From NCBI GenBank assembly GCA_038087875.1, contig CM075983.1, positions 20,150,001 through 20,214,000 on the forward strand: DNA of 64,000 bases. Reading direction: 5' to 3'. The position numbers and the translations under genes were made by a program. Origin of the DNA: Malacoraja senta (lineage: Eukaryota). Below, one piece after another: positions 1 to 11,752 of the stretch. Positions within the stretch are counted from its first letter, which is position 1, and the number at the start of each line of letters is the position of its first letter. Below the pieces are notes generated by a model, which did not search any database, was not told the DNA's origin, and saw only the letters and a list, made by a program, of their open reading frames with translations.

Positions 1-300
1 GCCTTTTCACTTCAACCCAAACCTCCCAAACAACCATTTGCAGGCAGCCTTTTCACTTCAACCCAAACCCCCCCAAACAACCATTTGCAGGCAGTGCCTT
101 TTCACTTCAACCCAAACCCCCCAAACAACCATTTGCAGGCAGTGCCTTTTCACTTCAACCCAAACCCCTCAAACAACCATTTGCAGGCAGTGCCTTTTCA
201 CTTCAACCCCAAACCCCCCAAACAACTATTTGCAGGCAATGCCTTTTCACTTCAACCCAAACCCCCCAAACAACCATTTGCAGGCAGTGCCTTTATACTT
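1..300. repeat. ~48-bp minisatellite (GCCTTTTCACTTCAACCCAAACCCCCCAAACAACCATTTGCAGGCAGT)n, at least 6 units, running off the window start
   Basis: The unit is directly visible and explains the repetitive ORFs 38..352 and 85..336. Confidence 0.95.
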
Positions 301-683
301 CAAACCAACCATATTTTCATTTTCAAACCACATTAAGGGCACCCACAGTTGAGTAGACATGTGCTCAGTGTTATTTAGAGCTCAGAGAGACGTGACCCTC
401 TGGCTTCCTCCATCTTGCAGAGACTGAGTGAGGCACACCACTTCCTGGTTTTATAGTCCCTCCCCCTCCCTCCAGCAGGGGCAGCAGAGAGAATGGCAAT
501 TAAAAAAAAAACATTAATATATCTCTGATTTTTCATCGATGGGAAAAATCCTCTGGTCCAGGAAGGCGGAGGGGGGCTCTGGGCGAGGTGGCCAAAAATG
601 ACGGCCATAGATGGCGGCGTTCCCTCGGAAATCACAGCACAGTGAGCCAAAAGCGGTCAAGATCCGACTTTTAGTAATATAGA
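1..683 (-). mobile_element. Non-autonomous Helitron-like element, 5' end at 683 (probably contains the 48-bp minisatellite)
   Basis: The minus strand reads A|TCTATATTACTAAAAGTC, a Helitron-type TC start after A, similar to the starts at 2717(-) and 2788(+). The 3' end is not seen. Confidence 0.55.
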
Positions 684-736
684 TACATACACACACATAC
701 ATACATGTTTTATATATATGCATGTTTATATATACA

Positions 737-1710
737 CTAGACCAAGTGGGACCAGTTGGGTCCCGTCCTCTCAACGGGGGTTGCGGGGCAGGGGGGCAGC
801 CTGCGGCATCACACACATACTAACCACCCCCTCACACAAACACACACTAACCACCCCCCCACACACACACTAACCACCCGCCTTGATATTATATTAATAT
901 TATTCATTCGCTCCTTTTACCCCATCCCCCGCCATATCCACTCACGCATAGCCCCCCAACTCACAAGTGCGGCTAGAGAGGGAGGGGGGTAGAGAGAGAG
1001 AGGGCAGAGGCACAGAGAGCACAGAGGCACAGAGAGGGACACAGAGGCACAGAGAGGGACACAGTGGTACAGAGGGGGACACAGAGGCACAGAGAGGGAC
1101 ACAGAGGCACAGAGAGGGACACAGAGGCACAGAGAGGGACACAGAGGCACAGAGAGGACCGAGCCGAAACCGGACTGAGCCGAAACTGAGCCGAGCCCGA
1201 GCCGAGACGGGTCCGAGCCGAGACGGGACTAAGACGAGACGGGACGGGACTGAGCCGAGACGGGAACGAGCCAAGACAGGACAGGACCGAGTTGAGACGG
1301 GATCGAGCCAAGACGGGAACGAGCAGAGACGGGACCGAGCTGGGACGGGACCAAGCCGGGAACTCCAGTACAGGGCCCGACCTGCGTGTTCTTTCTGGGT
1401 CTTTTGAATAACCGGAGGGAGGGGCTGGGGGTGACTTCACTCACAGCGTGTGGAATACAGTGTGGAGCAGAGCCATTGTGACGTCATCAGCGAAAGGCAG
1501 TCGTTTTTATTTCAGTTTTGTCAGATTTTTGAACATTTTCAGTAATAACTCGAGAAATAAAGCATGAACTTTTCAGATAAGGCAACTTTGGAATCCATGG
1601 GAAAAATCTCGACGAGAAAATGTAAAAATTTTACCATTACCCCGTCGTTTTTTCGAGAAGATGTGATTACACACAAACACGCAAATAAATACACATCCAA
1701 GTTATGAGTT
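737..1710 (-). mobile_element. Non-autonomous Helitron-like element, 3' end at 737, 5' end probably in the N gap
   Basis: The minus strand ends with a GGGACCC-AAC-TGGTCCC hairpin (748-764), then ACTTGGT-CTAG|T. It shares the AGCCATTGTGACGTCATCAG motif with 2144-2480. Confidence 0.7.
1005..1360. repeat. 20-bp minisatellite (ACAGAGGCACAGAGAGGGAC)n followed by degenerate CCGAG/GACGG pentamer repeats
   Basis: Directly visible; produces the low-complexity ORFs at 917-1444. Confidence 0.9.
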
Positions 1711-1986
1711 NNNNNNNNNNNNNNNNNNNNNNNNNNNNNNNNNNNNNNNNNNNNNNNNNNNNNNNNNNNNNNNNNNNNNNNNNNNNNNNNNNNNNNNNNN
1801 NNNNNNNNNNNNNNNNNNNNNNNNNNNNNNNNNNNNNNNNNNNNNNNNNNNNNNNNNNNNNNNNNNNNNNNNNNNNNNNNNNNNNNNNNNNNNNNNNNNN
1901 NNNNNNNNNNNNNNNNNNNNNNNNNNNNNNNNNNNNNNNNNNNNNNNNNNNNNNNNNNNNNNNNNNNNNNNNNNNNNNNNNNNNNN
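1711..1986. other. Assembly gap (N run)
   Basis: Run of n bases. Confidence 1.
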
Positions 1987-2717
1987 TGTTGGTTCTACGG
2001 GAGGCGTGGTCCTCCAACTCAAGCCGTTCCCGAACGTAAGATTCCAGCACTCTCCTTGCCTTACTCAGCAGTGATCTAAAAAAAATTCCAATTGCACTTG
2101 CCCTGCATGTTGCAATACCAATTCACCCTCCCCCTGTTAGTCGAGCCATTGTGATGTCAAAAAATTCCAATTGCACTTGCCCTGCATGTTGCAATAGCAA
2201 TTCACCCTCCCTCTTCTAGTTGAGCCATTGTGACGTCATCAGCTGAAGCTGGTCGGTTTGAAATTCAAGGAAATTAATCAGTAATAAGTCGAGAAATAAA
2301 GCATAAAATGTTCAGTGAAAGTGATCTCTGCCTTGAGGTGAAAAATGTGAATCAGAATATGTAAATATCTTGTGAAAGTTGGCATTTTTAAAGCTTTAAT
2401 TGTGAATAATGTATCAAATATAAGATGAAATCTTCATTGAGGCTTGTCTCTGCTAGCTGTGCCATTGTGATGTCATCAGTTGAAACTGGTGGTTTTAATT
2501 TCAAAGTCTTTTGACTTAATGTAATGAGTCGAGAATAAGTAGAGAAATAAAGCATGAAATGTTCAGATAAGGTGTTCCCGGCCTCGACAGGAAAAATGTC
2601 AAGCGGAATATGTAAAAGTTTAATCGTTACCGCATAGTACTTTCGCGAAGATGTAAAGACACCACATATATACACACACATATACATATATACACACTAG
2701 TTTTAAGAAGTATATGA
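1987..2717 (-). mobile_element. Non-autonomous Helitron-like element (5' end at 2717) with an internal ~82-bp tandem repeat at 2078-2235
   Basis: Minus strand starts A|TCATATACTTCTTAAAAC followed by a TG-rich tract. Segment 1995-2110 resembles the reverse complement of 3240-3360 in the neighbouring plus-strand element. Confidence 0.6.
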
Positions 2718-2787
2718 TATACAGTAGATGTAGTAGATATTCCAGCCATATACTTTCATTCATCCTTCCACACAAAGCAATAAAAAA

Positions 2788-3461
2788 TCGATATACTATT
2801 AAAAGTCTTGTCTTGTTTCTATATGTGTGTGTGTGTGTGTGTGTGTATGTGCTTGTGATCGTATCTACGCCAAAACGGTACACGGTAGCGCTAAAAATTT
2901 TGCACAACGTTACTTGATGTTTTCTGGTTGTCACCCTTGTCAAGTTTCCTTCACATTTGATGTTATATTTCACAAGTTATTGATATTTAAAGTTTAAAAA
3001 AAGCCAACTTTAAAAAGATTTTTACTGTTAAATACTTGCTGCCCCAGCTTGCAACAAACTTCCATACAAAGTTGCAATCCAGGAACACTCTGTGCTTCCA
3101 CCAAGTTTTCACCTGAATGGAATCTCACAGTCCTCCACCTGACATTTGCAACAATGTTGCCATCATAGAACACTTACTCCTGCTCCTGCCAGCACAGGAG
3201 GGGGAGGGGCCACGTGAAGTGGAATTGGAATCGGAAGTGCTGGGGGAGGCAGGGGATGTGCAATTGGAATTTATTTTACAGTCCAGTGCTGGGGGAGGCA
3301 GAGGAGTGGTGGAATCTTATGTTGGGGAATGGGTTGCGTTCGGGGACCAGGCCTCCCATGGGGGCTGTGGGTGAGTGGTGGAATATTGCATTGGGGTTGC
3401 ATTAGGGGGGGGGGGAAGGCCTCCCATCTGACAGGGATCCAACGGGTCCCACTTGGTCTGG
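2788..3461 (+). mobile_element. Complete 674-bp non-autonomous Helitron-like element
   Basis: Starts A|TCGATATACTATTAAAAGTC. Subterminal hairpin GGGATCC-AAC-GGGTCCC (3434-3450), ends CTGG|T (CTRR). Inserted between A and T with no TSD. Confidence 0.75.
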
Positions 3462-5431
3462 TATGTTATATAATCCTAGAGCATCATAGCTCAGAGTGAT
3501 TAGCATCTGGAAGTAAAGCATATTATTTACAGAGAATACAGGACAGAAAGCAGTGACTGGCAGAAGAAGGCGTGTAGTCATGCTGAGCACTTTAGTGACC
3601 TCACTGCTATAAGTGAAGCAATCGGAAGATGATTTTGTGCTACAGGCACTTGATCACGCCACGGATAGAAAACATTCAACCAAATGGTGGAATATATTTC
3701 TGGAATTTTTCTCTATGCATGCTTGACTTGGGCAGTATATGGTCACACATGTGGAAGCAGACTTTCACAGAGCTATTATTAATAGGGGATCTTTATTAGG
3801 TTCCAGCCTATCAAGTGTGGCATTAGACCATCTGGGGAAATGCATTTAAATATTAGATTTTATTCCTCACAATAATACTCCTGGTACATTCACTTGATTT
3901 TGTTCTGCTTCCTCCCAGTCTACATTCTTCCCCTTACCACTGAACTGCCAACCTAATGCCCACCGCACCTGACTCCTGACTCATTCTCTCCCTGCCCTCT
4001 ACCCCACTGAACTCCAGGAGCTGAGCTTTGCACTGACCTTTCCTCTTGCTCTTCATACCAGTATTGATCTCTCTCACCTCTGCCCAGCCCCACTTTTGAG
4101 CCAGTCTCAACCCGCAGTCTTTCAATTCCTGGCTGACCCCAATATCCCCAATATCCATGCACAAACTATTTCCTGATCTCATTCTGGCTGTTCCTCTTCC
4201 AATCCCAAACTGAATCTTCTTTTGATTGCAGCCTGCCCCAACGTTGAACAAATTCTGCTTCCAAACCTGGCTAGGTAATTGGCATGTCAGTTTCCGACTT
4301 CCCCTCCACAAAGAGATCTTTAAATATGGAAGTCATACTCGGGAGCATGAAGCACCTTGTGGTATGTGATATGTGGCTGTGTTTCACAGAGTTGGGTTCC
4401 TGAACAAAATTTAAATTGACTTGCCGCACACTAACTGTTAAACAAAATCTGTATTCCAAAATGGAACCTAGTTTCCTATCTTAACTATGGCTGCAAATTA
4501 CACCTCACCATGCTCTAAATTTCCTGCTGAGTTCCGCAGGAAAAGGTGCACCTTTTCCAGTCTCAGATCTTCCACTGTTGCAGTGATGTGGTGGGATATA
4601 TGAGTGGCTCTGGTAAAAGCATGAGATACCAGGAAGACATTTTACATGAGCACTGCACAGCTTTGATCAGTAAATAGCTGGATATCACTATCATGTGTCA
4701 TCTCACCTCTTTTGGATGGATTATTCATGCCTGCTTTCGAGAAGAGGGAGTCTTAAAGCAAAGCTAGACTAGTTGAAGAAACATAACTTGTGCGGTATCA
4801 TAGCGGCAATACCTACTGCAGCGAGTGGATAGAGCATGCATAATTTACCTTGCGCCAGGTTCTCAATTCAATTCATCTCACCTTCATCAACCCTCTGTTA
4901 ATGTCTTCTACTTGCCAACACAGACCAGGTTTATGCAAGAATGATTGGAGCTGATGGTATGATTTTTGTGGAAGTTCAGCCAAGAGTCTGTCAATAATTA
5001 CTGCCTTGTTTCATGAGAAAAGTAAAAATGTGTGAGATGTCTGGTGGCGTTGGAGTTGTACCTGAACATAATCTACTGTCTTGGAGGAAGAGGAAGACTG
5101 CGCCAAGCACATCCATTAACTGCACAGTAGATGCCTGAGTATCACCCAGTCTTCAGGGAGGCCCCATACATCCAATGGGAGAATGAACCTGACCACTATC
5201 CAGAGTATTTAGGGATGGAGTGAGTGAGCTGACTTTAGTCGAACTGCATGAGGTTGGGTGCTTAATATTTTGCATTAGCACCAAGGCCTGTTTCATCCTT
5301 TATTGGTAAAATGAAATAGAGACTTTGGCGCATTGTTAACGAATGTCTTAAGTCAAAAGCTGTTTGCCAGCTTTGTGAGATTTCAAATTAGGTCTCCCTG
5401 ATAATTTGTGATAATCCTACAAATTGATATA

Positions 5432-5885
5432 GTCATAGAATCATAGTGATACAGTGTGGAAACAGGCCCTTCGGCCCCACTTGCCCGCGCCTGCCAACAT
5501 GTCCCAGCTTCACTCGTCCCACCTGCCAGCGTTTGATCCATATCCCTCCAAACCTGTCCTATCTATTTACCTGTCCAACAGTTTCTTAAATGTTGGGATA
5601 GTCCAGGCCTCAACTACCTCCTCTAGTAGCTTGTTCCATACACCCACCACCCTTTTTGTGAATAAATTACCCCTCAGATTCCTATTAAATCTTTTCCCCC
5701 TCACAAATCTATGTCCTCTGGTTCTCGATTCCCCTACCCTGGGCAAGAGACTTTGTGCATCTACCCGATCTATACCTTTCATGATTTTATACACCTCAAT
5801 AAGATCACCCCCTCATCCTTCTGCACTCCAAGGAATAGGATCCCAGCCTACTCAACCTCTCCCAATAGCTCAGACCTTCTAGCCC
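5432..5885 (-). mobile_element. CR1-clade LINE 3' fragment
   Basis: ORF 5567..5794(-) has YKIMKGIDRVD...RTRGH...FTKRVVGVWNKL, typical of the CR1 ORF2 C-terminus. Short tandem tail (CATAGA repeats on plus). Confidence 0.9.
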
Positions 5886-5934
5886 TGGCATATATAATAT
5901 TTAATCCATGAAAGTTGATTTAAAGTTGATTAAA

Positions 5935-6143
5935 GTTGAACAAGCTGCTAGAGGATGTAGTTGCGGCTGGGACTATCTCAACGTTTAAGGAACAGTTTTA
6001 CAGGTACATGGATAGGACAGGTTTGGAGGGATATGGACCAAACGTGGGCAGGTGGGACTAGTGTAGCTGGGACATGTTGGCCGGTGTGGGCAAGTTGGGC
6101 CAAAGGGTCTGTTTCCACGCTGTATCACTCTATGACTCTATGA
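5935..6143 (+). mobile_element. CR1-clade LINE 3' end, inverted relative to 5432-5885
   Basis: Reverse complement of 5432-5630; ends in CTCTATGA repeats. Confidence 0.85.
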
Positions 6144-7026
6144 TTAATTTTACAGTGCAGTACTTCATTTTCGGATCTGAGCATATGCTTTGGTTCCATG
6201 TCGACTCCAAGATTGTCATTTTATCCCATTTATTGGCAAGGTCGAACCACAAATGATTTTGGCGGTCATGCTCATTTACGGCTTCATGCTCTTTTAATGT
6301 GACTGCTTGTGAATGAGGAATTTGTTGTATTGTGTGTCAGGAAGCATCATGTCAATTTAATTTGTATCCGAAACTATGCTGTAGCAATCATTAGTGTCCT
6401 TTATAGGTACTGATATGAAGAAATATATGAATATTTTATCCTGCCCCGCTGTATATTAGCACAGTGAAAGAATGGTGCATGGACATATGACTCTGATATT
6501 TAAGGCAAGCTAAAAAGAGAATGGGAGGAAATGTTGGGACCAGAAGACACAATCATGCAAGCTTCCCAGAGGCCCAGACAAAATGGATGTAGTTTTGGAA
6601 TCTATTTATGAACCAGTGCCAGCAAGATTGGTTGACAGCAGGAAGGACACAAGCAATGACAGGAAGGAAGGCAGGTGGGTTTAAAGATAGCAGATTGGGC
6701 TGGGTGAGAAGGCTTTCAATTTTGTATTGGAAAGGGGAACCACCGATAAGATATGCTGGACATCAGAGAGGTGATGGGTGAGATGTGGATGCAGGGATTG
6801 TGTGGAAGTTAACTGATTCGCCAGGAAGTCACTACACTTGGTCCACAGAAAGTGTGGGAGCATCATTATCTTATATGGGGAAAACAGCCCACTAGTTCTA
6901 AATCAGAATCAGAACTAAAATCTGGGGCAGGCTATCCTAATCAAATATTTAGCCTCCAGAGTCAGTTCTCTTTCATTAAAGCTGGGAATGTGCACATTAG
7001 AGGTGGGCTGCTGATAGGTTTCTGAT

Positions 7027-7146
7027 GTGTATGAAGGAACTGCAGATGCTGGTTTTAATCAAAGATAGACACACAAATCTGGAGTAACTCAGCGGGTCAG
7101 AAAGCATCTCTGGAGAAAAGGAATAGGTCGAGACCCTTCTTCAGAC
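7027..7146 (-). mobile_element. Mini-PLE (pLTR-derived), hammerhead core partly deleted
   Basis: Plus strand reads GAAGGAACTGCAGATGCTGG...CCCTTCTTCAGAC. TSD AGGTTTCTGAT at 7016-7026 and 7147-7157. Confidence 0.8.
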
Positions 7147-7460
7147 AGGTTTCTGATTTTTGTTCAAAACTTTAACCACCCTGCTCAGAATGAGTTGCTA
7201 AAATTACAGTCAAAAGTTTACATTTCAAAACTGATATAGATTTTATTAACCTTGGATAAGAGAAGAAAGGGCTGCCGTTGGAGTCAATCTATGATCTGGG
7301 ATTTTGGATCCAGTATCCATCCATCATTAGCCTTGTTCTGTTGCCCATGGTTATAATAGAGTTGGGCTCCATGTGGAAGCTTGTCATTGACACTGAGAAA
7401 GCTGTTGCAGTGATGGAGGAAGGGCAGTATGGTAGCGATTCTGTATGACTTAGTGCCTAA

Positions 7461-8302
7461 TGGGCCTGTCCCACTTACGCAACTTTATCAGCGACTGCCG
7501 GCACCTGTCATAGGTCGTTGCAGGTCGCCGAAAATTTTCAACATGTTGAAAATCCGGAGAGGCGACCAGAAAAACGCTACGACTCTTTGGGCGACTGAGG
7601 AGATTACTCATGACCATACAGGCGACACCCTGGCGATATGTCGCGGGGTGAAGCCTATATGGTCGTGAGTATGAAAAGGTTAAATGCCTTTAAATATATA
7701 AAAGATACATAGTGGAATACTTGACTAGGTTGTAGCTTATATTTCGACTCAAGCAGGCCTTCTCCAGTGGATTGATAAGAGAGAGAGAGACAAGCCCGGG
7801 CTTGCCTCAGGTTGGTGCATATTGAGACAATGACCGGTGCCGTTGAAATGTGTCTACCAATTGATAAGAGAGGCAAGCTCAGACTCGTGTAGTGATGTGT
7901 ATTGACTGAATCTTGTGACCTCTTTGGAATGTGATTAAGTCTTGTGACCATGATCAACCTCTTTGGAATTTGATTAAGTGACACACAGTATAAAGCACCG
8001 TGCAAAGCTTTATTCGTTGAAGTGGTAGCGCGGGGAAGACAAGTGTCAGTGTTGCTTACTTGACTGGTGTATCCCCGTCACTTCCCGGCCGATGATCAGT
8101 AAAGCTTGAGTTGGTCTACCTAACATTTTTGTGAGTTGTCTGTTTATTAAGAAGTGAACATTATCAAGAAGTCGCCCAAAGAGTCGTACCTTGTTCTGGT
8201 CGCCGCTGGATTTTCAACATGTTCAAAATTATCGGTGACCTGCAACGACTTATGACAGGTGCCGGCAGTCGCCGAAAAAGTTGCGTAAGTGGGACAGGTC
8301 CA
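7461..8302. mobile_element. PIF/Harbinger-type palindromic MITE interrupted by a solo-LTR-like insert
   Basis: Long TIRs TGGGCCTGTCCCACTTACGCAACTTT / AAAGTTGCGTAAGTGGGACAGGTCCA, flanked by TAA and TTA. Confidence 0.85.
7672..8166 (+). mobile_element. Solo LTR (Gypsy-like), 495 bp
   Basis: TG...CA ends, TATAAA near 7990, AGTAAA near 8098, near-TSD AGTA/AGAA. It interrupts the right arm of the MITE palindrome. Confidence 0.65.
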
Positions 8303-8400
8303 TTAGTATTGCAGAAGGACAAAACTCTGCCATGCTATCCCCTGTTAGTCATTTGTCTTCCCTGTTAGATTCAACACTTATGGTCTATCATGTTTTGTAG

Positions 8401-9455
8401 ACAATAGACAATAGACAATAGGTGCAGGAGTAGGCTATTCGGCCCTTCGAGCCAGCAATGTGATCATGGCTGATCACCCCCAATCAGTACCCCATTCCTG
8501 CCTTCTCCCCATATCCCCAGACTCCGCTATCTTTAAGAGCCCTATCTAACTCTCTTGAAAGTATCCAGAGAACCGGCCTCCACCGCCTTCTGAGGCAGAG
8601 AATTCCACAGACTCACAACTCACTGTGAGAAAAAGTGTTCCCTCGTCTCTGTTCTAAATGGCTTACTCCTTATTCTTAAACTGTGGCCCATGGTTCTGGA
8701 CTCCCCCAACATCGGGAACATGTTTCCTGCCACTAGCGTGTCCAAACCCATAATAATCTTATCTGTTTCAATAAGATATCCTCTCATCCTTCTAAACTCC
8801 AGAGCACACAAGCCTAGCCACTCCATTCTCTCAGCATATGACAGGTCCACCATCCTGGGAATTAAACTTGCAAATAGCAAGAATGTCATTCCTCAAATTA
8901 GGGGACCAAAACTGTACACAATACTCCAGGTGTGGTCTCCCTAGGGCCCTATACAACTGCAGAAGGACCTCTTTGCTCCTATACTCAACTCCTCTTGTTA
9001 TAAAGGCCAACATGCCATTCACTTTCTTCACTGCCTGCTGTACCTGCATGTTCATTGACTGATGAACAAGGACTCCCCAGATCCCATTGTACTTCCCCTT
9101 TTCCCAACTTGACACCATTTAGATAGTAATCTGCCTTCCTGTTTTTGCTACTAAAGTGGATAACCTCGCATTTATCCACATTAAACTTCATCTGCCATGC
9201 ATCTGCCCACAACCTGTCCAAGTAACCCTGCATTCTCATAGCATCCTCAGAGTTCACACTGCCACCCAGCTTTGTGTCATCTGCAAATTTGCTAATGTTA
9301 CTTTGAATCCCTTCATCTAAATCATTGATGTATATTGTAAATAGCTGCGGTCCCAGCACCGAGCCTTGCGGTACCCCACTAGTCACTGCCTGCCATTCTG
9401 AAAGGGACCCGTTAATCCCTACTCTTTGTTTCCTGTCTGCCAACCAATTTTCTAT
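8401..9455 (-). mobile_element. CR1-clade LINE, 5'-truncated and frameshifted (RT C-terminal half to 3' tail)
   Basis: WLADRKQRVGING, SGVPQGSVLGP, FADDTKL, FNVDKCEVIH and RPHLEYCVQFWSP motifs. (ACAATAG)n tail at 8401-8421. Confidence 0.95.
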
Positions 9456-10702
9456 AGACGTGTGGTGGGGTAACAAGTTCCATTGGAAGTAGCTGCTGGT
9501 GAATCAGTGTTTTGTGAAAGGTCAGGGTCCCAACTCAAGTCATGTTCGAGAACTGCCATGACATGACAGAATATCATGACAGAATCATGCATTGTCTTTG
9601 CGCTGACTAGTTAGCGTGCAACAAAAGTTTTCCACTGTACCTCGGTACATGTGACAATAAATTAAACTGAAATTACTATGAGGAGTGTAGGAGAATGGAA
9701 CAATAGAGGTAGGATATAAGGTAGGAGAACAAAGTTTAAAGAGACATTCGGGGCAAGCTTTTACTCAGAGAGAGGAGGGAACCTACTACTGCAGGTTGTG
9801 GTGGAGGCAGATACAATGATGGCATTTAAGAGATTTTTACATGGGTACATGGCTATGCAGGAAATAGCGAGATTTGGATCACATGCAGGCAGAGGAGATT
9901 ATTTTGATTTGGCGTCATGTTCGGCATGGACATTGTGGGCTAATGGGACTGTTCCTGTAACTGTACTGTTCGATGTTCCATGAATTCCAGTCAGGCCACC
10001 AAACCAGTTTGAATGGCAGAAAATGGAAGCCCTGGTGCACACAGAGCATTAAGTCGTCTTTGTTCTCACTTTATCTTTCAGGTAAAAGATAAAGTAAGTC
10101 AAAACTTGTATCAGAGGTATTATTTAGCAACTCTACACTTATGGAGTCACTGTCTTTTCTCAGCATAGCCTTCAGTTATAATTCAGTCCTGGTCTTGAAA
10201 TTGAAGGTTATTTACAATTACTTTGTCTTTTCAAAATGTGAGTTGTCAAGTCTCAGACTGTTACTGACACGTTCTTTGTAGCTGAGGAAGAGAATATTAA
10301 TCTGGCGGAATCTTCAGCAGTATAAACACTTGCAGCCAAGTGGTTTTATGCCTGAACCAGATTGTTCTTGGATAATATCTTTAAGCTGCAGATCAAAGAA
10401 GTAATTGGCAAATCCTTGGCCCATATCTATTTCATTCATTCAACAGATAAGCAGGGATACCGAGCAAAAAGATGCATTTTGCTGGCTGATTAAACATGTC
10501 GATTTAATTGGACTTAATCTTATAATTTTCTTGTGACAAAGGAGGAGGCCATTTGGCCCAAGCCAATGTCAGGTAAAAAGACAATTCCCACAATCCATTC
10601 CCTTATTTATTTCCATGTAACATTATCCCCTGCAGAGGCCCACCGATCCCAAACAAGGTGCTATATAATATTGCCAATTAACCTACCAATGCATTTGTCT
10701 TC

Positions 10703-10903
10703 TAGTTTAGTTTGGTTTAGTTTTGAGATATAACGTGGAAACAAGCCTTCGGCCCACCGAGTCCGTGCCGACCTGCGATCCCCGTACGGTGTGTGTTGGG
10801 TAGTGTTAGAGTGCGGGGATCACTGGTCGGCGCAGACACGGTGGGATGAAGGGCCTGTTTCCACGCTGTATCTCTGAACTAAACTAAACTAAACGAAACT
10901 AAA
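10703..10903. mobile_element. Two V-SINE 3' halves in inverted orientation
   Basis: (TAGTT)n...GGAAACAAGCCTTCGGCCCACCGAGTCCG on the left, and the reverse-complement copy ending (AAACT)n on the right. Confidence 0.8.
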
Positions 10904-10995
10904 AGCTCTCTCTGTGATTCTATAACCAAAGGAAGGCATAACGGTGCATCCGGTACTGCTGCTGTCTCATGGCTCCAGGTACCATCCAGAACTAA

Positions 10996-11328
10996 GCAGT
11001 GGTAGAGTTGCTGCCTAACGGCACATGCAGCGCCGGAGACCCGGGTTCAGTCCTGACTACGGGTGCTGTCTATACGGAGTTTGTACGTTCTCCCCTTTAC
11101 CGCGTGGGTTTTCTCACAGATTTTGGTTTCCTCCCACACTCCAAAGACGTACAGGTTTGTAGGTTAATTGGCTTGCGTTTGTAAACTTGGTATAAGTGTA
11201 AATTGTCGCTAGTGTGTGCAGGCTTGTGTTGATGTGCTGGAGTGGGGATCGCTGGTCGGTGCGGACTCGGTGGACCAAAGGGCCTGTCTCCGCATTGTAT
11301 CTCTAAACTAAACCAAACTAAACTAAAC
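10996..11328 (+). mobile_element. tRNA-derived V-SINE (HE1-like), near full length; a minus-strand partial copy follows to ~11452
   Basis: tRNA-like head, V-domain GGAGTTTGTACGTTCTCCC...TTTCCTCCCACACTCCAAAGAC, CR1-like tail ending (AAACT)n. Confidence 0.9.
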
Positions 11329-11531
11329 ACTAGGGACAATTTACAATTATACCAAGTCAATTAGCCTACAAACCTACACCTACATTAGCCAACATCTTTG
11401 GAGTGTGGGAGGAAACCGGAGATCCCGGAGAAGACCCACGCAGGTCACGGGAATCCTCTTAGTGACCCCTTCAAAACAATCTATCAGATTTCTGAGACAC
11501 AAATTCCCCTGACTATCCCTAATCATCAGTC

Positions 11532-11752
11532 GGTAGACAAAAGTGCTGGAGAAACTCAGCGGGTGAGGCAGCATCTATGGAGCGAAGGAAATAGGCAACG
11601 TTTCGGGCCGAAACCCTTCTTCAGACTGAAGAAGTGTTTCGGCCCGAAACGTTGCCTATTTCCTTCGCTGCATAGATGCTGCTGCACCCGCTGAGTATCT
11701 CCTGCGCTTTTGTCTACCTTCGATTTTCCAGCATCTGCAGTTCCTTCTTAAA
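11532..11752. mobile_element. Palindromic mini-PLE with a hammerhead core on each strand and a 34-nt one-sided tail
   Basis: Inverted arms centred at 11625 (TCAG-A-CTGA). Tail at 11719-11752. 15-bp TSD CCCTAATCATCAGTC at 11517-11531 and 11753-11767. Confidence 0.85.

Noticed and set aside
1-300. Regular repeats suggestive of a CRISPR array
   Set aside because: Head-to-tail minisatellite with no unique spacers, no cas genes, and a vertebrate context.
917-2050. Multiple overlapping ORFs
   Set aside because: They are products of minisatellites and the N gap.
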